This document shows, piece by piece, positions 12,683 through 26,007 of a stretch of 64,000 bases of DNA (positions are counted from its first letter, which is position 1; every line of letters begins with the position of its first letter). The DNA lies in contig NC_069000.1 of NCBI RefSeq assembly GCF_001194135.2, positions 18,864,324 through 18,928,323 of the forward strand, read 5' to 3'. Position numbers and translations under genes: made by a program. Source of the stretch: Octopus bimaculoides. Taxonomy: Eukaryota. Under the pieces are notes generated by a model. The model saw only the letters and a program-made list of their open reading frames with translations. It was not told the DNA's origin and did no database searches.

Positions 12683-13560
12683 CGTCCACTCGTGACCGAG
12701 GAAGACCATTGCCAACCTTCATGAACATTGTGCGCTCTAGGACTAACTTATATTTTGCATTTGTGGCTCCGTTGGTGGCTAATGAGCCCTGCTCTTGACA
12801 AGCATACACGACTGCAAACATTGCAGACCAAGCTTTCCCCATTCACTATACGAGTTGTGCACTTTCGCGCAGCTTGCTTAAGTTCTTCATGCTGTATATA
12901 TGCTCTCTCAAAAGTGTCGATCTCCTCTTTAACCTGCTTCCTCCATCTGTGGCAATGACAGGCATTGTTCTCCCAGTCAGTGTCCTGCATATCACAGGCC
13001 TGGACAACACTGTTGTAATGTTCCAGCCGGCACCAGGAAATCCATATATGGAACCAGCTATCTTGGTTGAAGGAACAATTCTGAAGGTAGTAGACAAGTT
13101 TGTCCCTGAGCAGCACACTCAGCTGTTCTTGCTCCCTGGATGAGGAAATATCTTTCAGGTTGTAGAGAGCAACTAATTCCTTCCAGTCTCTTCAGTCTCG
13201 TGTCTGGTCCCAGCATGGCATCGCAAGGCAAACAAAAGTTGCTGTATACCGTGCACGTGTACTGACATCGCTCCTTTACTCATGTGAGACATGGACCCAT
13301 TACAAACGTCATGTAAGGGTCCTTGAATGCTTTCATCAGAGATGTCTGAGACACATTCTGAATGTTTGCTGGACCTTAAAAACTCCAGACACACAGGTCC
13401 CGAGGAAAGCTGATATCTTGAGTATTGAGGCGATGGTGCACAAGCACCAGTTACGTTGGACTGGACACCTTATTAGAATGAAGGATAGCAGGATTCCTAA
13501 GCAGATGCTCTATGGAGAACTTGTGAATGGAAGGAGACTCCGACAGAAACTAAGGCTGCA
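12677..13560. mobile_element. 5'-inverted RTE LINE insertion (3' part minus 12677-~13005; inverted part plus ~13005-13560)
   Basis: Plus: VVMFQPAPGNPYMEP...LLYSCETW...LRWTGHLIRMKDSRIPKQMLYGEL..RQKLRL. Minus: QACDMQDTDWEN...CNVCSRVCLSRAGLISHQRSH*. (TA)n at both ends. Confidence 0.9.
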
Positions 13561-16039
13561 ATATATATACATACACACATACATAATGTTCAAGCACATA
13601 TAAAAAGATGACATCCGATATCTAATTATTTACCTAGATGCAAGCAAACACAGACAACAAGCTATTGGGTTTATATAAATAAGTTTGAATTATTTCTGAT
13701 TGGTTTCTACATAAATAATCTGAAAGCAGTATTTCCAAAAAGACTAATATGACTTTTCATATTATCAGGTTTAAGTGAATCCAGTGATTAGAGCAATTTC
13801 ACATTTACAGTTCTATATAGAATTGTGATTCTAAGAAAAGGATACAGATATCTTCAGTCCTATGGTCAAATGTGGTTCCAAACTAGAAAAGAGAGAGAAT
13901 GAGAAAAAAATACAATGTTGAAAATATTTTGATAAAAAAATAGAGAATACTGAAAACTGAAAAAGTTAAATATTTGTATTACTTGGAAAGTTTTACTAAT
14001 AAAACAATTTGATATTCAAGATAAAAAGAAACAAAATAAAAACTGAATAGAGATAATTTTCTGATGAGTTTTGTAATCAAAAGAATTAGGTGGAGGTAGA
14101 CTCCTAATAGCCTGTCTGTATGAATGTATATATATATATTTATCAAAGTATACAATGGTTTTACACAGAGTACTAAAACAAGTGGTATATAACAGCACAG
14201 TTAAGTAATACCATGTGCTCTCCAGAGATAGCAAGTATGGAAAGAGTGGTGAGTCATGAACTTTTAGTGATGTCATGAATTTTTAGATAATTATGTACAC
14301 ACACACACACACACACACACAGAGAAAGATAAAATAGATATGTGCAGTAATGCCCACATGGTTTAGAAGTTTGCTTTGAAACTATGCGATTTCTGGTTTG
14401 ATCCAACTGTATAGCACCTTGGGCAAGTGTCTTCTGCTTTCGCCTTGAAAATTTGGTAGATGAAAATTAATGCTGAATTCTGTCATGTGTGTATGTGCAT
14501 GTGTTTGTTTATTTCTGCTGTGTCCGAGAGTGGTTTTATGTGTTCTTTACCATTTATGCTGTTTGGGAAGTGGTGACATTTGTTTATGTACCCCTTAAAG
14601 AAAACCTCCTTCTTGGCAGTTTTATGAGCGAAGACATTAATTGTAAACAAAGTTTAGCATCATGGAAGGCATTCAAGTGTAGAATACTTTACAAGGAGTT
14701 TAGTCATCCCAATGGGAAAAGTTGATACACATACAATGACAATAATTAAAATGATAATGGTAATTATGTGCGTGCATGTAAACATATTACACACACACAC
14801 AAATATATAATGAAACTGATGTTAAAAAGATGGTAGCTATGGAAGCTAGAAGCATAATGTGTATGCACATATCTGGGATTGTGTTCCAGCCAAATCTACA
14901 TCTGCTGTCCTCTCCTTGTTTATTGCTCATCCCTCCACCACCCTTTTATCTACTGTAATTAATAAAAACAATAATTACTACATATCATATCATCACCCTT
15001 TCTATACTTCCAGTCATCACTCCCACTTCCCTGAGTCACTTCCAATTTCCATCCTTCATACTCACCAGTCACTTCCCCACATTCCATCACCATCAACTAC
15101 TTTCATGCCCTATTTACTTATGACCACTGTCACCCCTGTCTCTATCTCTCACTCTACCTTCCCCACACACTTTTCTCAATCCTTTTGTCACTATACTCTT
15201 TATTGATTTTTTATGAATATTGAAAATAAATGACACTGCTTGTGTGACAAACACAACCAGATTCACATGTTCATACATATATATATGGATGTATATTTAT
15301 TTTTGAAGCTCTGATGAAGCTAAAGGATGATACTCAAGCACTCAACTATGAGTGCATTGCATCTTATAGCAGAAACAGTGATAAGATAATGAGGTTTATC
15401 ACACAATTTCTTATTCCTTTGTCATTTACTAGATTTATTATTACTGCTCTGTATTTGAATGACACTTTGCTCTGAAGCATATATATATATATATAGCTTA
15501 TGAAGGGTAATGGAGTCAACCAGACCCTAAAGATACAGGTACTACCGAGTAAGTGCTGTATACTGACTAGTTTTGCCCCAGATGTGGTTGCAACATGAAT
15601 GGGGAATATAACATGAATCGTGTATTAGCGTGTGTATAAATAAAAAGAATGAGATAAAGAGACCAATGGCATAAGTAAATTTGTATTCTATGTAGAATGT
15701 CTTACAGCTGTTTCAGGGAAAATTCAATGTATCCCTTCATCGGAGACGGTAATAGTAGAAGATAAGGATTATTACATCTGTATGAGGAGATTTGCAGTAA
15801 GAAATGAGAGCGATGCGGAGAAGAAAAAACAAAGAAGAATAAGTACTTGGAGTATAGTTCCATTCCAACAGTAAATATCTATGTATAGAATCCTTGTGGG
15901 TATTTTCCAGTGATAATTATAGTTGCATTGGTGGATATATATCATTTCGTATCCAGTTTACTCTGTGCGTTGTTTACTTAAAGGACAGCCCGAAGTGAGT
16001 GGAAGATGTATGTAGGATTGTGAGATCAAGCCAAAAAAG

Positions 16040-16630
16040 GCTTGATCTCACAATTCTACACACATCTTGGTAGGCAGAAACTGAAAGAAGCCTGTCGTAT
16101 GTGTGTATGTATATATGGCCGTTGCCAGTACCGCCTGACTGGCTCCCGTAGGATTTTCGAGCGAGATCGTTGCCAGTGCCCCTGGACTGGCTTGTGCGGG
16201 TGGCACATAAAAGACACCATTTCGAGCGTGGCTGTTTTCGTGCGGATGACACGTAAAAGCACCCACTACACTCTCTGAGTGGTTGGCGTTAGGAAGGGCA
16301 TCCAGCTGTAGAAACTCTGCCAAATCAGACTGGAGCCTGGTGTTGCCATCCGGTTTCACCAGTCCTCAGTCAAATCGTCCAACCCATGCTAGCATGGAAA
16401 GCGGACGTTAAACGATGATGATGATGATGTATGTATATGTTTGTGTGTCTGTGTCTCCCCAACATTGCTTGAAAACCGATGCTAGTGTGTTTACGTCCCC
16501 GTAACTTAGTGGTGCGGCAAAAGAGACCGATAGAACAAGTACAAGGCTTACAAAGAATAAGTCCTGGGGTTGATTTGCTTGACTAAAGGTGCTCCAGCAT
16601 GGTCGCAGTCAAATGACTGAAACAAAAGAA
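16040..16630 (+). mobile_element. SINE family 1 interrupted by an RTE 3' fragment (16115-16427)
   Basis: SINE halves lie on both sides; TGTATGTATAT at 16104-16114 and 16428-16438 is a likely target-site duplication. Confidence 0.75.
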
Positions 16631-16789
16631 TACATATACCTATAAACACCAACACGTATACATGTGTACACATGTACACACACACACACACACACACACA
16701 GAATACAAATATTAAGACAAAGAATGAATACAGTGCAACTTTATTATTAGTGGCAAATGTTTCTGTACCACTCAATTTCAAAACCCATT

Positions 16790-17660
16790 GCTTGTAAGTG
16801 CTTCCATGTGAAAAAGTTATGTAATATGTGTGGTTGATTATATCAGAGTGGTACTTCATCATACTAACAACAGGTTGTGCATTTTTACATTGTACATAAA
16901 AATAATGAAGGGAGCCAGACTAACTTTTGAGCAAAGGGAATTTATCTTAAACTGGAAGCTTTTTTCAAACTTCCAGGAGCACTTTGGGATAAATTTCCTT
17001 CAAACAGTTGAAGTGCAAAAATGGCTTAGACAGGAGTTTCAAACAGATCCACCTATGTAGAACCAGATGGAAGTGTTAAGAATGTCCACAAGAAACTTTC
17101 TGGAAGACCACAGACATTAATGAGCCCCAAAGAGCAAGAAAGGGTACTAGAAATGTATTACCAGAGTTCAAGAAAATCTGTGTAGCAAGCTAGTTATGAG
17201 ATAGGAATTTCAAAATCAAGCCATTTTGAAGTGTCATCTTTGAAAAGTTACATTCCAAGAATAGTCCATACTCCCAATGAAGCTGATCCAGACTGAAGAT
17301 TGGAATTTCATGCATAGCACTTGGTAACATGTGCAGAAGGTGCACACTTTCCGACAAAGATTGTTTGGAGTAATGAGGCTACATTCAAATTAAATGGCTC
17401 CATTAAACCACCACAATTGTATCTACTGGAGACATGAGCATCTGCATATTATGGAGTAATATCACATTGGAACATTACATTAATTTACCAAGAGTTACAG
17501 TATGTGCAGCTTATCCTTAAAAGGATTAACTGGACCATTCTTTTTTTATGGTACTATGACAAGTCCCATTTACTTGAACTTGCTGCAACAATCTGTGATG
17601 TTATGCATTCAAGAGGATTCTGAAGATATGGAATTTTTTCTCTCACTTTTAGTTGTTTGT
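16790..17660 (+). mobile_element. Decayed Tc1-like transposase
   Basis: LTFEQREFILNW at the N-terminus; [23 protein letters not shown] (first catalytic Asp region); [20 protein letters not shown]. Confidence 0.7.
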
Positions 17661-18291
17661 AAAAATGACTTCCTGACAGTGTTGTTTGCTTGCAGTTCCC
17701 CATGAAAGTATGTCCAGGTTTCTTGATGTGTATTGAAAAAGAGCTCATTTATACAGGGCCATCTGTTTCCAATTCTTTGCATGAAACATGTCTGTTGCTT
17801 GAATGGGAGATTATTATTCCACTTGGAAACAAGAAAGGGTTGGTAACTGGAATTTCATTCAGCAATAAAACTCTGCCCCAATGTACTCTCATCTGATCCA
17901 TGTAAGCATGGAAAAGTAGCCATTAAAATAATATTTTACAAATCTCAAATGTCTTGGTTGTCTTTAAAATGAAATGTAAAACAAAGGTGGTCTACTCTTT
18001 ACTTTTTTTTTAGAATAGCAACCTCATGAAAATTATAAAGGAACAATAAGAATTTCTCAAGAATCTATGTAATTACTAAAAAACAATGCAATTGTTGGCT
18101 CACCTCATTAATCAGAACAACTTACAACAATGATATTTTCAATGCCATTGGTTTCATGTATGAAAAAATATATAAACAATTCTTGCATTACTCTCCTATA
18201 CTAGAATCCACATAGCTAACACCCATTCCACTAAACATTACCCCTATTACTACCTTAAAATCTACTTTCTATGTTAACCTTCCTGTGGTTC

Positions 18292-18334
<43 letters not shown>

Positions 18335-19312
18335 GCATACATAAACATATATCCACAAACACCTTTTAATAATACTACCTCTGAGAATTTCTAAATATAT
18401 GTCTAACTCATTTATTTTGATATACATACAAAAGTTTCTACCAGTTGTGAGGTCAATAGTAGCAAAAGGAATGTATATACAAGTATACAAAATATGAATG
18501 TAAAACTAAAAACTAAATACATATCAACACTATTTAATAATTAATAGTTGCTTTAAGATGAAATTTGTTTAGACAATAAAAAGAAAAATAGGAGCCATAA
18601 TAGATCATGTAATAATTTAATGTTAGTATGTGTGACAATTGTAACCTAAAACACATTTTACACAGCAACACACCTCTCATAACCAAAATTACTGATGATA
18701 CAATATGAAGAAGGACAGTTCCTCTTTTCTTGTCTACAGACATTGCCATTGTAGGTGACTCTAAATTTTCTTTGACTTATCTTTGATCTTCCAATTCACA
18801 GTATTCCTTCCCTTATTTAAATTCCATTTCAGTTTACAAAGAGAACAGAAAATCACATCTGTCTTTCAAGATGGAAGCATTCAATGAATGTAATTAACTT
18901 TAAAATTCCAGCTAATGAATTAGGTTCAGCAAGCATAACTCCATGAGCTTTGATTACAAGATATTAAACAAATGAGAGAAATACTATTCCAGACAGAATG
19001 TTAGGGTATCTCAGATATCAAAATATGACAGCATCTACCATCTATTCCAAGTAACATGCCCCACTGAGGAATGCACAAATTAAATATCCTGTTCAAATGT
19101 GTAATAAAAAATCTGCAATAGATTCAAGAATGAGCTGGGAGCTCCAATATGGTAACAACTGGTGGTAATTTGGTGAGGATCATATTTTAATTAGTTCTCA
19201 TAGAGACATTCAACTATGAAGTGAGAAGGAGTAAAAACTGTTTATCAGCAAACAAATTGAGAAAATCCAATGTTTAATGTATACTATATGTCTTACGTGT
19301 TCTGGGTAAATT

Positions 19313-19509
19313 CTTTTTATTTGTATTTTTATTGTTCTGGAATCTATACACATACAGAGTTGATTGAAAACTTGTTAACTATTAAATGTACATGTCATTC
19401 TAAAAAGTATATTTATATAAGTAACATGTCAACATTATCTTTACAACATAAATTTAAGACTGGTTCTCAACGCTACAGATGTACAATGCCCGTGAAGTTA
19501 CCATGCTGA
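19313..19509. repeat. ~200 bp local duplication, copy 1
   Basis: Aligns by eye to 20310-20511 at an offset of ~1 kb (e.g. AAATTTAAGACTGGTT.TCAA.GCTACAGATGTACAATGCC). Confidence 0.85.
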
Positions 19510-20309
19510 AATATTGAGTCATATGTAAGATATATTATCTACATCAATCAATTGACCAGGTTTAACTTGAAATTGAATGGAGAATCTGCAAGAAATGCAG
19601 AACCATTCTAGTTACATGCAGAGGTCAAGTCATGAACATATATGGTAGAAGTTATGTATAATTTATAATATTTTATCTTCACAATAATTTAGTATCTAAA
19701 CATATCTTCATCCCAGTCATAACAATCTTGTTCAAAGATTTTTAATTTCGTACTAAATGTGGATGAATAAATTTCCTTTTCATGTATGAATATTTGCATG
19801 AGATGATGGAACCTGTATGTTCTATATTTTAATCAAATCAGAGCAATGTGCATTGTTTATATTTTGGAACTCATAGTTTTGTGTTTAATATTTGAGCATC
19901 TTAATTTGCTTAGGCCATAATTACAGTTTACGAGACATTTGAGACTTGAGGCTTGACCACATTCCTATATAGCAAAAAGTGGTTAACTTTATTAAAAGCC
20001 ATTCAAACAAAAAATAGGTAAGTCAGTGCAGAATTAATCTGTTTAAAAATGCCTACTTGTAGACAAATACTATTTCATATGTTGTTTTGAGTATTTATTT
20101 CCAATTTTTCAACCTTGAAGTGCAACTTACCACAACTAAGCACCTCCAGAAGAAAAGACACAGATGAATTTTGTTTAAAATTGATCAGTTATTGCATTTT
20201 TATAAGATTTTGATGAAAATCCATGGAAATTCAAATGTATATCAAAAAATTACTTCAAGTCAATTGAAAAAATAAATTTCAAGTAAAAAATGATAGTGAT
20301 ATATCAGCT

Positions 20310-20511
20310 TTTTTTATTTATTTATATTTTTATTGTTTTGGAACCTATACACAAGCAAAGTTAATTGAAACCCTGTTAGCTATTAAATGTACATGTCTTT
20401 ATAAGAAATATATTCTTATAAGTATACATGTCAACATTATTTTTGTAACACAAATTTAAGACTGGTTTTCAAAGCTACAGATGTACAATGCCTGTAAGGT
20501 TATCACACTGA
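20310..20511. repeat. ~200 bp local duplication, copy 2
   Basis: See 19313-19509; the flanks of the two copies are unrelated. Confidence 0.85.
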
Positions 20512-20902
20512 TGTGATATTAGTATTAGGTTCCCAGATTGCCTATTCCAGATGATATTGTCAATTTTTAAGTGTTTCTATTCAGTAGTTTCTACTGAATG
20601 AAAACTGCTGGGTATACCTCAATTTCAAATACTAATTATCTCTTTTTGCTGACAGCTGAAAGGCTTAACCTCACAATAGTTGTAATACATGGCAAAAGGA
20701 GCTATATCTAAATGCTGTTCTACAGTATCATCTCTTCATCCAGAACATACTGGGACATATTAAGGAAACTGGTATAACTGTATCTCAATTTTGTTAAATA
20801 ATTATGCATGTACACACGATCACCTTGTCTACAACAAAAACAAGAAAGTATGATTCGTCAAGTGATAGGGGATGACTGAGATAGTACAAAGATGAATTAA
20901 AT

Positions 20903-21096
20903 GCATTATGGACCAAAATATTTCATGGCTAAAAGCATTGTGAATCGAATACTTCACAGAGTAAAAGCTTTATGGACCAAAATACGTCACAGATTAGATG
21001 TCTTATGGACCAACTACTGTACAGACCAGATGCTTTATGGAGTAAAGTATTTCACAGATTAGATGGTATGTGGACCCAGTACTTTATACATTAGTT
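20903..21096. repeat. Degenerate 32-33 bp minisatellite, 6 units
   Basis: Consensus ~GCTTTATGGACCAAAATACTTCACAGATTAGAT; units start at 20903, 20935, 20967, 21000, 21032 and 21065. Confidence 0.8.
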
Positions 21097-21172
21097 GATT
21101 TATAGTCAATATCTTAATGCTAAAATTTTTTGTTACAAATTCTGTTTTCCAATGCATGTTAATCATTTTTAG

Positions 21173-21236
21173 ATGCATTGGGGAACCTTAATACAAAGAA
21201 GAGAGCAGAATTTGAAAAAAACTTCAGATATGCAAA
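21173..21236 (+). CDS. Candidate internal exon (64 nt; DALGNLNTKKRAEFEKNFRYA or MHWGTLIQRREQNLKKTSDMQ)
   Basis: Acceptor ttaatcatttttag| and donor AAA|gtgaga, two frames open; could be a pseudo-exon. Confidence 0.12.
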
Positions 21237-21319
21237 GTGAGACATAAATTGATCCTAGTACTATATAGAATAATTCGCAAGTGAAATAATTACTTTTGAT
21301 ATTTCTAAGAAATTCTGGC

Positions 21320-21500
21320 AAAATTGTTAGCATGCTGGGCAAAATGCTTAGTGGCCTTTTGTCTATCTTTACCTACTGAGTTCAAATTCTGCCGGGGTCA
21401 ACTTTGCCTTTCATCCTTTTCGGGTTGACAAAATAAGTACCAGTTGAGCACTGGGATTGATGTAATTGACTTACTCGCAGCCAAGATTTGAAACCAATAT
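21320..21500 (+). mobile_element. SINE family 2 (~200 bp)
   Basis: TGGCAAAATTGTTAGCATGCTGGGC...GAGTTCAAATTCTGCC...AAATAAGTACCAGTTGAGCACTGGG; homologous to 51117-51330. Confidence 0.7.
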
Positions 21501-22984
21501 TCCTAAGAAATTCTTTACTTACAAATGTTTTCTATTTAACAACTAGATTTGTCTTAAGATATAAATAGATAATTACTTTAGGACATTTCCGATTCATTAG
21601 TTTTATATGCATTTGCAAGGTCATCATTGAAAGGATACTGCTACACAAATCAAAAAGTAATCCTATTTCAAATGAATTATGCTATAACAAAACAAAATTA
21701 TTTTATAAATGAAAATGAAATTATGTAGCCATTTAACTTGATATAAGCATCCTTTATATTCATATATTTATTTATATTAAAGATTAACAGAAAACATATT
21801 TGGCTGACAATGACAACAGTTTCAACAACTTTTCAGGTTTTTTTTTATTGCACATCCTCTTTTTAAGTAGATTTAGTCCAAATCACTATACAACACAATC
21901 TGTGTATAAAGAGAACAACGAACCTTAATGAAAATAGATGTGTCTGTTTGGTGAGCATAATAGTCTGTTTCATGAATGATGATTAAGAAGAGGAGCTAAT
22001 GAACTACCCTAAAATAAAAATTCCTGATATAGTAATATTCTATAAAAGAAGCGTAAAGGTAATACTGAAACAAGCTATAATAATTTGTTATTTGAAAGTA
22101 AAACAGTGTGAATCTAAAACAAATTTCTGTGTGTATATTGCTGAATTTACAGCTTTTAAAGCCCAGGATACTAACATGTTTCATTGGTGCACAAATTCCA
22201 TTTCCAAGTTTAAGAAATCATCTGAGGACGGATGGGGAGAGTAAAAATAGATAATAAGCATTCCAATGGAAATATATATTTTAGAGCCATTTTCATTACA
22301 CTAAAATTAAATCTGAAGAAATCATTAAATTTAAAAATAACCTATCACATACAATTTAAATGAGATTAAAATGACAAAATAAAATACAAGATTAATTGAA
22401 AAACTAAAGGTTAAAAGGAATGATTATACTAAAGGGACCAACATACAATCTCATTTTACACATTACAAATTTGTAATCTTTTCTTATGCAATCTCATTCC
22501 ATGGCCTATAAATTTGTAATCTAACACAATCATGTTTTCATCTCTGTAACCTTTTCTTACACAATCACATTCCATACCCTGTAAACTTTTGTCCTCATAC
22601 AATCTCACCACACACCTTGTAATGTGTTGTATCTAAGTGATAAATTGTTATCTTATTTACTGAAATAAGCTATAATTCCAGCCAAATATAAAGATATTTC
22701 ACTGACAGGAAAACTACTGTTAATTACCCAATAATATTGTAGATAATTATATTCAAACGTTCGCTTTTTTCCTTTTATATCTGAAATGGTTGGTTTGTTG
22801 GTATGGTTGACACTTCTCACTTGAGATGTCTTCTTCACATCCTAGTATACTAAAAGACTGTTACCAACTAGTCTTTAAGTGAAAGACTAAAGATATTTAA
22901 TGGGAGTTATTCTCAATAACATTGCACCAAGGATCACATGTTTGGAGATGTGACAGTAATAAGAGTTTCAAACTTTGGCACAAG

Positions 22985-23160
22985 GCCAGCAATTCTGGGG
23001 AAGAAGCTAAGTCGATTACATCAACTCCAGTGTTCAATTGGTACTTATTTTATTGACCCCCAAAAGGATGAAAGGCAAAGTTGACTTTGGCAGAATTTGA
23101 ACTCAGAACATAAAAATGGACGAAATGCAGTTAAGTATTTTGTTTGTCATGCTAATGAAG
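22985..23160 (-). mobile_element. SINE family 2
   Basis: Reverse complement of the same consensus (CCAGTGTTCAATTGGTACTTATTT...GGCAGAATTTGAACTCAG). Confidence 0.7.
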
Positions 23161-23949
23161 CAACTCAGTTTAATTATATTATGCTCATAACCAATACTAT
23201 TTGCTTAAAAAAAAAAAGAGTCTAATTGTTCCACATATAGTTATTTAGAGATATGGTCTTCACCTCCATGCAGCTATTAGTTATTACTTGTTATCTGATT
23301 TAGTCTTCACAACATTAACTATGTAAATCATAAATAAATAATGGCAGGGGACAACAGGACAGAACACAAAAAACAAGAAAGAAATGAAATCTATTCTGTT
23401 CATCAAACAACTTCATGTCATCACAGTCATTACCATGGGGTGTGACTGAGCACACCGTTTGTTCCAGGGAGTGTGGCACATTGTCCCCTTCCTCACAATC
23501 TTCTGCTGCTTTACCCCCCATTTTTTTTTTGCTTCTTTGTATTTTGAATGTTATAATTTACAATGTGATCAGAAGTATAATTGTCTGTAGAAATAAAGAT
23601 TTTTTTCAGTTGTTAAGTGATTAACTTTCAACTTCAAACTTGAGCAAATACTCCATTGCCGAGGGCCATTCCTGCTTTATGATTGAATGATTAATGTTAA
23701 GGAATTTATCTGGCTATGGCATTAAACTGTGACAACTCAAGCAAAATCCAAAATTACTTACCATGCTATTACATGCAAGCTAGAGGCAAGAAAAGGATAG
23801 GATGGATGTAGGGTGATTTAAATATGTTTTGTTTTGTTTTATACAAAATTTAAAACATGCAGAAGAAATTACCAGAATATTTTATTGGCAATTTACAGTA
23901 GATGTAATTTATTTTAACTGTGGATAAGCTTGAAAAGAGCATTGAAGAG

Positions 23950-23991
23950 AGAGGGGGGAGCGAGAGAGAGAGAGAGTGAGAGTGAGTGTGT

Positions 23992-24060
<69 letters not shown>
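23950..24060. repeat. (GA)n-(GT)n microsatellite
   Basis: Directly visible. Confidence 0.95.
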
Positions 24061-24061
<1 letters not shown>

Positions 24062-26007
24062 ATGCACACTTATATTGCTGTATTATGTTTTTTATTTTTC
24101 CAAGCTATTGTTGAAAGGACAGGTCTGCAAATACGACATATTTCCATTCCCCTGTGTTTGTTTTAATATCTGTTCCATGCTAGCAAGGGTTAGACAGTGA
24201 GGTATTTCATGTAGAATTTTTATGGCCTGATGCACTCTTCCTTACTAGATTTTTGAGAAAAGAAATTTTAACTCTAGAGGAATTTGAAAGTGCAGAGGTA
24301 GCAGGCAATCTGTTGACAGGAAATGTCAATAAATGTCACAGATGGTGATGTCATTACTCGCTACAAATGGTGACATTACTGTCTAGAGTGTAGCTCACCA
24401 CAATTTGTACACATTGATGTACACACACACATATATATCTATACCATATATATTTAGATACACAGTTTCCGTCTACCAGATTCCTGAACAAATCATCGAT
24501 CAGCTTGGGATTATAGTAGAAGATGCTTATGACACTGTGCAGTGGTACTGAACTCAAAGTTCTGTGCATGAGAAGCAAACTTATTGACCAGGAATATATA
24601 TTTTACACTGATCAGAGATGCAGCACAGAATTTTGTCAGTGAACAGGTCGTGGTCTCAAAGCAATGAAAATATTTTGACAAATTAAATTTAAATGTTGAA
24701 GTGAATCTAACGGTTTTTGCGTGTTTCTTAAATGGCTTATAAACACCTTCCACGCTGCAATTGCTAATATAACAATTTAATTAAAAATTAAAACTTGCAG
24801 AAAGAAAGAAAATATGTCAACTAAAGAGTCATGTAACTTTGTTAGCTCTTTGGAGCAGCTATGATAACATTTTAGCACAGCTTCTACACTTACAGTCATA
24901 AATAATTTCAGAGCAAATCGAAATTCTTCAAATTGCTTGTTCAACAGTTATGTGTGTGTTTACGTACACACATATATGATTTGAAAAGTAATAAAAAAAA
25001 TTTGCTTTCATTTAGATAGAATTTGTTCCAATTCAATCTTGAATACAGACGCACATAGTGTTTTTAATGTGTAATTGATGAGTGATGTCTTTATAAAAAT
25101 GTCCATCAATATACATGCATGACTGCATATACATTGAATATCCTACTGACCTCCATATGACATGGAACCTAATGGAAAATAGGATTTCCATACTGGAATT
25201 CCATGTTAAGGAAACATTTTCAGGAATCCAGCATTCCCATGTGGAGGTGCCTATCCGTGTTTTCTTTGTATTGTCTATCTGTATGTTTTGTCCCTTTCTT
25301 GTATCACCTAACTGCCTGGATGTTTTGCGTCTTTGTCCCATTCTGTATTATATATATATATACACACACACACATACACCTGCACGTGTACACACACACA
25401 TGCACATAAACACACACTCATACAATGTTGTTCAGAAATAACTGTCAACTTTAAAGTAGGCTTATTATTGGAAGAAGGAAAATAAATTCTCGAAAATAAA
25501 CCATTAAAAAGGAAAGGAAAACACAAGTAGTATTCTTTGATAATGGTATGTTGTTGATAGCTTTAGTCTGAATGACTGAACAAAGTAATTGAAGTTAACA
25601 GGTTGCTTTGTGCTAAATGATGTGGAAAAGCACTATGCAATAGATTATTGTTAAGCTCTATTCTCATATATTTTGATGTTAGTCTAATATTTTCTGTCAT
25701 ACAGAGTATTTTAACAGCGTGGTATGAGATTTATAAAATACTACTGTGATATGTATAAAATCCTAATATCAGATTCTTTGTTTTTAGGAGGAGTTCAACA
25801 CAATAACCCTTTTATTAATATCAGTTTGAATGAACAAGCTGATATTAATATTAAAAAAAAACAACAATTACAAAATATGAAAATTATGGATTCAAGTATT
25901 AAGCAACAAATGAAAATTAGATTAAATCATATAAATCATGAAAGTATGTTTGGATATATTACACAAATATGCTTCTTTTTTTTTTAGCTACTGAAATTTT
26001 GTTGTTA

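Noticed and set aside
25724-25987. AT-rich ORF of 87 aa (and similar 60-100 aa ORFs elsewhere)
   Set aside because: Low-complexity composition, no domains and no convincing splice structure.
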